Assembly: GCF_031291415.1 (NCBI RefSeq)
Contig: NZ_JARLJB010000228.1
Span: forward strand, 45,165 to 75,164
Length of the DNA stretch: 30,000 nucleotides
Direction of reading: 5' to 3'
From: Telmatospirillum sp.
Lineage (GTDB): Bacteria; Pseudomonadota; Alphaproteobacteria; Rhodospirillales; Magnetospirillaceae
Each line of letters begins with the position of its first letter. Position 1 is the first letter of the stretch. The translations under genes and the position numbers were made by a program. The notes beneath the pieces were generated by a model, which saw nothing but the letters and a program-made list of their open reading frames with translations, searched no databases and had not been told where the DNA came from. Positions 8,955 to 16,610 of the stretch are shown here, piece by piece.

Positions 8955-10859
8955 TCAGTTTTCCAGTGCCTCGTAAATGAAGGGGGAGCGGCCTGCGGCC
9001 TTAAGCTGCGCGGCCAGGCGGACTGCGGCGTTGGCGGCGCCATACTGTTCATAGTTGTTTCTCTGGACGATCTCGAAGACGAAGCGCCCTTCAAACGACT
9101 CTGTATAGGCCTGCAGGAACTCCCCCCCATTTTTGTCGCAGTCGTAGAGAATATTGTTCTCGGAAAGACTGAAAACAAAATCATCGGAGAGCGAAAAACG
9201 ACCGGACAGTTCGGCGTAATAGTTCTGCGGGATCTCCAGTATCGCAATACCTCTGCTCCGCATGGCCTGGACAGTGGCGAAGATATCGGAGGTCGAGAAC
9301 GCGATGTGCTGCACTCCAGCGCCGCCATATGACGACAGCGATTGTGCCGTCGCGGTGTTAGGGCCGATCGAAATGTTGAGTGGCAGGCGGACGTGACCGC
9401 CAGCACTACGTACGGCCCGGCTGCGGACGATGCCATAGGGGTCGGGAACGTCCCAAGTGTCGTCGGCGGAGAAATCCAGGACGGCTTTGAAAAACAGAAG
9501 CCAGTTGTTGAATTGTCCTTCGGGAAGCCCAAGCGACACATGGTCGATGCGTTCGAGATCGGGCGTCGGCGCCGCCGGGCCGTCAACCGGGAGAAAATCC
9601 GTTTGATAGATGCCGTCTTTGTCGGTGACGAAGGAAACCAGGCTGCCGTCGGGAGCGCAGATGGCCGGTATCCGGCTTTCTTTCGGGCCGATTCCTCCCG
9701 AAAACGGCGGAGTGTGGTAGGCGCGAGCCCGCTTGATGGCGCGATCGGCGTCGTCGACATTGAGCGCTATGTTGCAGACGGATGCCCCGTGCAGAAGGAA
9801 AAAGGCATGGGCAAAGGAATGTGGTTCGGCGTTGAGGATCAGGTTGATTCCGCCCTGCTGATAAAGGCTGACGTTTTTCGTACGATGCTTGCCGACCAGC
9901 TGGAAACCGAGCTGTTCGAGCCAAACCGACAGTTTGACGCGGCCGTTCTCGTCGCAGGCAAACTCCAGGAATTCGAAGCCGTGGTAATCGCAGGAGGCCG
10001 GCGGGCTGAACAGGTCCAATGTCCTCTTTTGCTCACTGTCGGCAAGAATTTCGGAGGTCTTTTCCTCGAGATAAAGGAGCGAACGCATTCCGTCGGCGGC
10101 GATAGTGCGCGGCGATGCCGTGCGGAAGCCATCGTTGAACACCTCGAGCGAAATCGGTCCCGCGTAGCCATTGGCCAGCAGAGGGGCGAGGAATCTCGGC
10201 AAGTCGAGATCACCCTGTCCGGGGAAGCAGCGGAAATGGCGGCTTTGTTCCATGGGCGGCAACGCCAGCTTCGGCGCGTCGGAAATCTGAATGAACGAAA
10301 TGCGTTGGGAAGGCAGCGTCTCCAGGCCGACCCAGCCTTGCCTCTCCGTCATGACGTTGAAGCTGTCGAGGACCAGTCCGAAGTTCGGCAGGTCAATCTG
10401 CTCGACAAGCTTCCTGGCATGTCGCCAGGACTGAACATGGTGAGCCCAGGAAGGGGCTTCATAGCCGATGCTCAATCCCCGAAGTGCGGCCCGTTCCGCC
10501 AGCGCCGCCAAATCCTCGGCGATCAGGGTGTCGTCGGTGGAGGATTCGGGCATCATGTTCGAGACGACCAACATCAGGGGGGCGCCGAGTTCCGCCATCA
10601 GATCGAATTTGCGTTCCGCCCGATCGAAATTCTTGGCCATCAAGGGCCGCGGGGCACCCTCGAAATCACGGAACGGCTGGAACAGCATCACCGAAAGGCC
10701 GTGATCGTCGGCAATTTGGCGAAGCAGCCGCGGCGTGCCGTCGAAATAGAGCAGGTCGCTATCGAAAATCTCAACACCGTCAAAATGCGCGGCCGCGGCG
10801 GCCTTGAGTTTTTCCGGCAAGGTGCCGTTCAGGGATGCGGTCGAGATCGAACGTTGCAT
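8955..10859 (-). CDS. quiC: 3-dehydroshikimate dehydratase, fused xylose-isomerase-like TIM barrel plus HPPD/VOC-like C-terminal domain (QuiC1 type)
   Basis: About 634 aa. The N-terminal half looks like a sugar-phosphate isomerase/epimerase fold and the C-terminal half like a 4-hydroxyphenylpyruvate-dioxygenase fold, which is the QuiC1 architecture. I place the start at the ATG at 10859, preceded by GGAGGA. Confidence 0.85.
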   Translation of the reverse strand: MQRSISTASLNGTLPEKLKAAAAAHFDGVEIFDSDLLYFDGTPRLLRQIADDHGLSVMLFQPFRDFEGAPRPLMAKNFDRAERKFDLMAELGAPLMLVVSNMMPESSTDDTLIAEDLAALAERAALRGLSIGYEAPSWAHHVQSWRHARKLVEQIDLPNFGLVLDSFNVMTERQGWVGLETLPSQRISFIQISDAPKLALPPMEQSRHFRCFPGQGDLDLPRFLAPLLANGYAGPISLEVFNDGFRTASPRTIAADGMRSLLYLEEKTSEILADSEQKRTLDLFSPPASCDYHGFEFLEFACDENGRVKLSVWLEQLGFQLVGKHRTKNVSLYQQGGINLILNAEPHSFAHAFFLLHGASVCNIALNVDDADRAIKRARAYHTPPFSGGIGPKESRIPAICAPDGSLVSFVTDKDGIYQTDFLPVDGPAAPTPDLERIDHVSLGLPEGQFNNWLLFFKAVLDFSADDTWDVPDPYGIVRSRAVRSAGGHVRLPLNISIGPNTATAQSLSSYGGAGVQHIAFSTSDIFATVQAMRSRGIAILEIPQNYYAELSGRFSLSDDFVFSLSENNILYDCDKNGGEFLQAYTESFEGRFVFEIVQRNNYEQYGAANAAVRLAAQLKAAGRSPFIYEALEN

Positions 10860-11129
10860 GGTGCTCCTCCACAAAGAGCTCGACAGATGCGGTGAAACCC
10901 CGCGCCATAAAGGAACGCGGCCTGTCGAGTTGCAGCCGATCCGCTTGTTTCGCGGTTCTTGACCGCGGCGCGATTTTAGCTCGACCGGCGTTTGTCGCTA
11001 TATATCAAGTCATTCATCATCCATAACATCATGGTATGATTACCGTGACATCGCGTCGGACCAGGCTCTATGCGACGCCTTCGCCTTCGCCTCCGGCTTC
11101 GGCGGGCTCAGACGCCGCTCAGGCTCGAC

Positions 11130-11158
11130 GGCACGTTTCAGTTAAGATGAAACGTGCC
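11130..11158. repeat. Hairpin copy 1: GGCACGTTTCA, 7 nt, TGAAACGTGCC
   Basis: Perfect 11 bp stem with a 7 nt loop, ending 18 nt upstream of the LysR start codon. The same stem recurs at 12089-12119. Confidence 0.6.
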
Positions 11159-11176
11159 ACTAGAATTGGTAGAGAG

Positions 11177-12088
11177 ATGAATCTGCGGCAAATCGAAATT
11201 TTCCGGACGGTCATGCTGATGGGAAGCATCAGCGACGCGGCGCGTCATCTCAATGTCTCGCAACCCAATGTCAGCCGAATGCTGCGGCATACCGAAGATC
11301 GCATGGGATTTCGGCTGTTCGAACGGATCAAGGGGCGCCTTTATGCGACGGACGAGGCGCGGGCGCTTTATGCCGAGGTCGAAAAAGTTTATCGGGACGT
11401 TCAAACCGTCGATGCCGTGGCGCGGGACTTGGCTGAGAGCAAAAGCGGACGACTGCGTCTGGCGTGCAGCCCGAGTTTGGGCGTTGCATTGGTACCCGAG
11501 GCGATCGCCCGCTTTTGCCAGGGCCGTGAACGCCTTCGGATCAGCCTGGAGATACTGCCCCAGACAGCGCTTATCGAACAGGTTCTCACCCATCAGAGCG
11601 ACCTCGGAATCTCGATGTTCCCTGCCGATCATCCAACGCTTTCGGAGGAAAAACTGCGGCGGGGACGATTGGTCTGCGTCATGCCCAAGGGACATCCGCT
11701 TGCCGGGCTTCGCGTGGTGCGTCCCCGGGATATCGTCCCTTATCCCTTCATTGCCTATGATCGGGGATCGTCGCAGGGTGCCATGGTCGACAGCTTGTTC
11801 AGCGGTGCCGAGGTGGTTCCGACGACGGCGCTCGAGGTTCGATTTGGGCAAACGGCCTGCACGCTGGTCCAGGCCGGTGCCGGCGTGGCGCTGGTCGACG
11901 AATTCAGCGCCATGGGGGGCGGCTTCCCGAATTTGGTTTTCCGGCCGTTTCTGCCGGAAACCTGGTTCACCGTATCAATCATTCGGGACCGCTTGCGCCC
12001 GCTGTCGACGCCCGCTCAAAGCTTCGTCGAATATCTGCGGGCCGCCGCCGCCCAGTCCGGGACCGATGTTCCGCTCATTCCGGAATAG
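11177..12088 (+). CDS. LysR family transcriptional regulator, divergent from quiC
   Basis: N-terminus MNLRQIEIFRTVMLMGSISDAARHLNVSQPNVSRML is a canonical LTTR winged HTH. At 303 aa it is normal LTTR length if started at 11177; the track ORF extends to 11036. Confidence 0.9.
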   Translation: MNLRQIEIFRTVMLMGSISDAARHLNVSQPNVSRMLRHTEDRMGFRLFERIKGRLYATDEARALYAEVEKVYRDVQTVDAVARDLAESKSGRLRLACSPSLGVALVPEAIARFCQGRERLRISLEILPQTALIEQVLTHQSDLGISMFPADHPTLSEEKLRRGRLVCVMPKGHPLAGLRVVRPRDIVPYPFIAYDRGSSQGAMVDSLFSGAEVVPTTALEVRFGQTACTLVQAGAGVALVDEFSAMGGGFPNLVFRPFLPETWFTVSIIRDRLRPLSTPAQSFVEYLRAAAAQSGTDVPLIPE

Positions 12089-12119
12089 TGGCACGTTTCA
12101 TCCCGACTGAAACGTGCCA
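12089..12119. repeat. Hairpin copy 2: TGGCACGTTTCA, 7 nt, TGAAACGTGCCA. Possible bidirectional terminator.
   Basis: Perfect 12 bp stem with a 7 nt loop. It starts 1 nt after the LysR stop codon, between the convergent LysR and IclR genes. Confidence 0.6.
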
Positions 12120-12135
12120 TCCAGCCCGAGTGTCG

Positions 12136-12942
12136 CTAAAGCACGCCCGGACTGCGGTTGCGGTCGGCAAACGATGGAAGGCTCGGGCTGATCGACGACA
12201 GTTCGGCGGCGCAGTTCAAAAGGACCGGGGTAAGCTCTCGCATGCGTTCCTCGGTGAACCGGGCATTGGGACCCGATACGCTGAGAACTCCGATGACCTG
12301 TTTGGTGATGGCGTGATGAATGGGGGCCGCCGTCGCTGCCGTGCCGACGATCGCTTCCGTCAGGATGCTATAGCCGCGTTCACGGGTCAGGTGCAGCTCG
12401 TCGAGCAACGATGGAATGGTCTGAGCCGCCTTTGGACCAACAGTGGTTCCCCGATTTAATCCGCCCTGCTTGAGGACCAGTTCGATCGCTTCCTCGTCAC
12501 TCAGGCAGGACAGCCAAGCGTGTCCAGAGGCCGTGCAGGACAGCAGCGCCTCTCGTCCCATATCGGGATCGTATCGCAAACCGGACGGCGCCCCTTGGGC
12601 TTTGGCGACCCAAACGAGCTGTTCGCCGTCGATAATGCCTAATCGCGCCAGTTCGCCGGATGCGCGGGCGAGGCGTTCGAGAATCGGTTGTGCCGCGTCG
12701 GTCACGCCACTTCGCGAAAGATGGGACAGGCCAAGAGAACAGAGCTTCATCGTCAGAAGATATTCGCCTTGTTCTTTTTCCTGGCGGACGTAGCCGTGAC
12801 GGATCAACTCGGCGAGCAAACGATGAGTCGCGCTCCGGGGAATGTTTAGCCGATCAGCGATGATGTGCATCGGGAGGCCAGGAACGCTCTCCGACAATAT
12901 TTCAAGAATTGCGAGTCCTCTGTCAAGATTTCCTGTCGTCAC
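12136..12942 (-). CDS. IclR family transcriptional regulator
   Basis: N-terminus LDRGLAILEILSESVPGLPMHIIADRLNIPRSATHRLLAELIRHGYVRQ is an IclR HTH, followed by a C-terminal effector domain. The start is GTG at 12942, preceded by AAGGAG. Confidence 0.9.
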   Translation of the reverse strand: MTTGNLDRGLAILEILSESVPGLPMHIIADRLNIPRSATHRLLAELIRHGYVRQEKEQGEYLLTMKLCSLGLSHLSRSGVTDAAQPILERLARASGELARLGIIDGEQLVWVAKAQGAPSGLRYDPDMGREALLSCTASGHAWLSCLSDEEAIELVLKQGGLNRGTTVGPKAAQTIPSLLDELHLTRERGYSILTEAIVGTAATAAPIHHAITKQVIGVLSVSGPNARFTEERMRELTPVLLNCAAELSSISPSLPSFADRNRSPGVL

Positions 12943-13325
12943 TATCAGTTTCTCCTTTAAGAACTAACGAAAATAGTTCGATTAATTTCCAGTATTATGA
13001 CAATATTTCAACAAATTACCGTGTTGTTAATTCTGGAAATGCCTATTCATAGAAACAATATTGCCACATCCGGTCGTCGTCCGAACCATCGGCACGGCAG
13101 ACCTGATTGTCAGGAAAAGACAACCTTTCATTATTAAACAATAAGATAAGCCCATTTTGAAACTCAATTCAATCTTTGACGCACTTTTTCAAGTCGTCGA
13201 ATCATACCTGTTCTCGGCGATCGGTCCCGATCGCCGCTCCCACGAAACGCCGAGCGGGTTGCTCCGAAACCGTCGCCATGCTCGCAGCGGCATGTTGCCA
13301 TCTGTCATCGCGGATAGGAATAGAC

Positions 13326-13354
13326 TTGACGGCAAAAACGGAACATGGTTCCAT
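13326..13354 (+). promoter_or_regulatory. Promoter-operator module A: (C)TTGACG, 7 nt, then dyad CGGAACATGGTTCCA
   Basis: TTGACG is at 13326-13331 and the dyad at 13339-13353. The architecture matches the modules at 4667 and 18267. It lies 281 nt upstream of the acyl-CoA dehydrogenase ATG. Confidence 0.45.
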
Positions 13355-13635
13355 TTCTGAACGTTAAGGGTTCTAGGGGAAAGAGGCGTCGGCCACAGTG
13401 CGTTCGGTACTGGGCATCGCAGATCCAATCGTTGCTCTTGTCATCAAAGGGGGCGTTTGTCCCCGGTTTCGTGTCGTCCTGAACAAGGGTGAGCGTGACG
13501 GCCGTCCGATTACCGTCCCGGATTACAAATACAGTTGATGCATAACGTGACAGGTTGGAATAGTTAAATGCGATTTTATTCGTCGACTTCTCCATTCTGA
13601 GCTTATGCGGAAGCGTGCAATATTGGAGATAAGTT

Positions 13636-14808
13636 ATGGATTTTGGTCTTAGCGAAGAACAAAAAATGATCGTCGGGACCGTGCGCCGATTCGTCACGAC
13701 GGAGTTGCGGCCGCTCGAAGACGAGATCGCCACCAGCGGTCATCTCGACCCCGACAAGGCAAAAGAGATTTTCAAGAAGTCAAAAGAACTCGGCCTGTAC
13801 GCGATGAACATGCCCGAGGAACTGGGCGGCGGCGGCCTGTGTGCGGTCGACACGATGCTGGTCGAAGAACAGTTCGGCCATACCAGCGACATCCTGATCC
13901 GCAGGGCTTTTGGCAATGTCTATGAGGTCATGCTGAAGTGCAACGAGGAGCAGAGAAAGACGTGGCTGCTGCCGTCGATTCAAGGCGAAAGAACCGGTAG
14001 CATCGCCATTACCGAGGCTGGTGCCGGTTCCGACGCAGCCGGTATTTCGACCCGTGCCGTGAAGGACGGCGACGGTTGGAAGCTCTCGGGGCAGAAATGT
14101 TTCGTCAGCGACGGCCTCTATTCCGATTACTTCATCGTGTCCGCCGTCACCGACCCCGACAGCAAGCCGAAGGGGATTTCCCTGTTCCTTGTCGACAAGA
14201 ACATGCCGGGCGTCACTGTCGGACGCGATCAGCTGATGATGGGCCTGGTGGGATCATCGCACATCGAACTTTTCTTTGACGATGTGAAGCTCGGCCGCGA
14301 ACATCTTCTGGGACAGGAAGGGATGGGGCTGCGCCATGCTCTCGAGACTCTGGGGCGGGTTCGTCTGGCCCAGGTCGGGGCGCGGGCCATCGGCAAGTCG
14401 ACGCACATTCTCGAACTGATGACCGACTATGCCCGCGATCGTCGCCAGTTCAACAAGGCGATCGGCGAATTCCAGCTGGTTCAGCAGATGCTTGCCGACA
14501 GCGTCATCGAATTGAACGCCGCTCGTCTGATGGTCCTCAACGCAGCTTGGGAGATCGATCAGGGGCGCGATGGGCGCGATCAGATCGCCATGGTGAAGGT
14601 GCACGCCGCGGAAACCTTGGGGCGTATCGCCGATCGTGGAGTTCAGGTCTTCGGCGGCATGGGCTTTTGCCGAGAACTGCCGATCGAACGCCTGTATCGC
14701 GATGCCCGCGTCTATCGAATCTTCGACGGCACCTCGGAAATCCACCGGACGGTCATTGCCCGCAGTCTGTTGAAGCGCGGCAAGGTCCTGTTCGACGTAC
14801 CGGCGTGA
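13636..14808 (+). CDS. Acyl-CoA dehydrogenase family protein
   Basis: 390 aa. It has an ACAD N-terminus (MDFGLSEEQKMIVGTVRRFV) and a C-terminus that aligns without gaps to the MCAD-type ...RDAKIYQIYEGTSQIQR region. Confidence 0.93.
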   Translation: MDFGLSEEQKMIVGTVRRFVTTELRPLEDEIATSGHLDPDKAKEIFKKSKELGLYAMNMPEELGGGGLCAVDTMLVEEQFGHTSDILIRRAFGNVYEVMLKCNEEQRKTWLLPSIQGERTGSIAITEAGAGSDAAGISTRAVKDGDGWKLSGQKCFVSDGLYSDYFIVSAVTDPDSKPKGISLFLVDKNMPGVTVGRDQLMMGLVGSSHIELFFDDVKLGREHLLGQEGMGLRHALETLGRVRLAQVGARAIGKSTHILELMTDYARDRRQFNKAIGEFQLVQQMLADSVIELNAARLMVLNAAWEIDQGRDGRDQIAMVKVHAAETLGRIADRGVQVFGGMGFCRELPIERLYRDARVYRIFDGTSEIHRTVIARSLLKRGKVLFDVPA

Positions 14809-14830
14809 CCGCGAAATTCGGAGCAAAAAA

Positions 14831-16369
14831 ATGATGAATAAATTTATGTCCGCGGAAGCGGCCGCGGCACTCGTCCAGGATGGCGACACGGTCGGCCTTA
14901 TCGGCGGCGGTGGTGGTCTTCTGGAAGCGGCCTGCCTGTTTTCCGCGGTCGAGCGCCGGTTCCTCGAGTCGGCACATCCGCGCAATCTCACTTTGGTCCA
15001 CTCCCTGGGCATCGGCGATCGCAAGGCCAGAGGGCTGAACTGCTTCGCTCACGAGGGGATGGTCAAGCGCGTGGTCGGTGGCCACTGGGTCTGGTCGCCG
15101 ACCATGCAGAAACTGGCCGCCGACGAAAAAATCGAAGCCTATATCCTGCCGGGCGGGGTCATCACCCAGCTCTATCGGGAAATCGCCGCCCATCGGCCGG
15201 GTCTGTTCACGCATGTCGGTCTGGGGACCGTCGTCGATCCCCGCTTCGGCGGCGGGAAAATGAACAAATCGGCGAAGGATGATCTGGTTGACGTCATGGA
15301 AATCGATGGTCGCGAGCTGTTGCGCTATCGCACCTTCCCGATAAACGTCGCGCTGATCCGTGGGTCCTTCGCCGATTCGCACGGCAACATTTGCATGGAC
15401 CAGGAGCCGACCAATCTCGAGGCTTATGCGATTGCCTTGGCTGCCCACAATTCCGGCGGAAAGGTGATCGCCCAGGTGCGGACGGCCGTCGACGTCGGAA
15501 CGCTGAGCTCCCGTCAGGTGCGCATTCCCGGTGCGATCGTCGATGCGGTCGTCGTCGATCCGGACCAGAGCATGTGCTACGACCTCGTTTACGATCCGAC
15601 CATTTCCGGTGAGATCCGGGGGCCGGTGCAGCCGGAGGCGGTGCAACCGTTCACCGAACGTCAGGCGGTGGCTCGTCGCGCATGGGAAGAGCTGCGGGAC
15701 GGGGCGGTGATCAATTATGGCTTCGGCATGCCCGACGCTGTCGCTAAAATCGTCGCCGTGCGTGGCGATCAGGACCGCTATTACCAGACCATCGAACATG
15801 GAACCTATGGCGGGTCGTTGCTGGAAGGCATGTTGTTCGGGTTCGCCCGTAACGCCAGCGCGATGATCGATGCGCCGTCGCAGTTCGACTTCTATGCCGG
15901 CGGCGGATTGGACATCACTTTCCTCGGCTTCGGAGAGATCGACGCCAAAGGCAACGTCAATGTCTCGAAGCTCAACGGTCGCACCGTCGGGCCGGGCGGT
16001 TTCATCGATATCGCCCAGAACGCCAAGAAGGTCGTTTTCTGCGGTACCTTCGACGCCAAGGGGACGCAGCTCAAGACCGGCGACGGCAAGATGCAGATCG
16101 TCAAGCATGGCGAGATCTGCAAGTTGGTGAAGGACGTGGAACAGATTACCTATTCGGGTCCGCAAGGACTCCGCCTGGGTCAAGAGGTTCTCTACGTCAC
16201 TGAGCGGGCCGTTTTCCGTCTGACCCCCGAGGGTGTCGCCCTGACCGAGGTCGCGCCGGGAGTAGACATCCGTCGCGACGTCCTCGATCGGATGGCGTTC
16301 ACTCCGATCATGACCTCTGATCCGAAGGTCATGTCGTCGCACTACTTCATGGACACAGCCAAAGCCTGA
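14831..16369 (+). CDS. Family I acyl-CoA:carboxylate CoA-transferase (YdiF/propionate CoA-transferase-like, fused alpha-beta)
   Basis: 512 aa. The N-terminus reads AAAALVQDGDTVGLIGGGG and the region GPGGFIDIAQNAKKVVFCGTF is typical of fused family I CoA-transferases. A GGAG RBS is present. Confidence 0.88.
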   Translation: MMNKFMSAEAAAALVQDGDTVGLIGGGGGLLEAACLFSAVERRFLESAHPRNLTLVHSLGIGDRKARGLNCFAHEGMVKRVVGGHWVWSPTMQKLAADEKIEAYILPGGVITQLYREIAAHRPGLFTHVGLGTVVDPRFGGGKMNKSAKDDLVDVMEIDGRELLRYRTFPINVALIRGSFADSHGNICMDQEPTNLEAYAIALAAHNSGGKVIAQVRTAVDVGTLSSRQVRIPGAIVDAVVVDPDQSMCYDLVYDPTISGEIRGPVQPEAVQPFTERQAVARRAWEELRDGAVINYGFGMPDAVAKIVAVRGDQDRYYQTIEHGTYGGSLLEGMLFGFARNASAMIDAPSQFDFYAGGGLDITFLGFGEIDAKGNVNVSKLNGRTVGPGGFIDIAQNAKKVVFCGTFDAKGTQLKTGDGKMQIVKHGEICKLVKDVEQITYSGPQGLRLGQEVLYVTERAVFRLTPEGVALTEVAPGVDIRRDVLDRMAFTPIMTSDPKVMSSHYFMDTAKA

Positions 16370-16392
16370 ACCTTAACGGGCGTTTGTCAGGA

Positions 16393-16422
16393 CCCTCCGG
16401 GAGGATGAAACCTCCCGGAGGG
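16393..16422 (+). terminator. Strong hairpin after the CoA-transferase gene
   Basis: Perfect 12 bp GC-rich stem: CCCTCCGGGAGG pairs with CCTCCCGGAGGG, with a 6 nt loop. Confidence 0.55.
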
Positions 16423-16431
16423 TGGCCTCTT

Positions 16432-16469
16432 ATACCGGCGAACCTTTGATATGACTCGTTCGCCGGTAT
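16432..16469 (+). other. Second hairpin in the same intergenic region
   Basis: Perfect 12 bp stem: ATACCGGCGAAC (16432-16443) pairs with GTTCGCCGGTAT (16458-16469), with a 14 nt loop. Confidence 0.45.
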
Positions 16470-16610
16470 CAGCCGCCATTGCGGCGGCGGCCAAGCGGGC
16501 GGATGCCCGCGCCCGGCGAGGGCTTTATGGGCAGGTCAATTCATTGGCCTGCCGGTATTAACCGGGCTTACAGGCTGATCTTGTGTATTGGGGACCGGAC
16601 GGGAAAGCTG

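Noticed and set aside
9342-10895. 517 aa plus-strand ORF, and the overlapping 297 aa minus-strand ORF at 8867-9760
   Set aside because: Both overlap the 634 aa QuiC-type gene in other frames or on the other strand. Their composition is Arg/Gly/Ala-rich and they have no RBS or motif support.
11036-11176. Upstream extensions of the LysR ORF (11036), the ETF-QO ORF (16479), the MCP ORF (6426) and the aroE ORF (to 2987)
   Set aside because: The extensions add non-homologous Arg/Pro/Ser-rich residues ahead of canonical N-terminal motifs. Internal ATGs give standard protein lengths, and some of them have visible RBSs.
12088-12459. 123 aa plus-strand ORF starting at the LysR stop
   Set aside because: It is antisense to the C-terminal half of the IclR gene. 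It begins inside the hairpin repeat and has no motif.
12961-12979. GAACTA-N7-TAGTTC, considered as an alphaproteobacterial SOS (LexA) box
   Set aside because: The alphaproteobacterial LexA box is a direct repeat (GTTC-N7-GTTC). This site is an inverted repeat, so it is more likely a local regulator site or a leader hairpin. No LexA-type direct repeat was seen near the T4SS repressor either.
13305-13595. 96-codon minus-strand ORF (MEKSTNKIAFNY...) in the IclR-ACAD intergenic region
   Set aside because: It has no RBS. Its C-terminal third is Arg/Cys/Phe-rich, like translated non-coding DNA. It overlaps the conserved promoter-operator module. I kept it only as a possibility inside the finding on this region.
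14753-16342. 529 aa minus-strand ORF
   Set aside because: It is antisense to the CoA-transferase gene and is a typical long GC-rich shadow frame.
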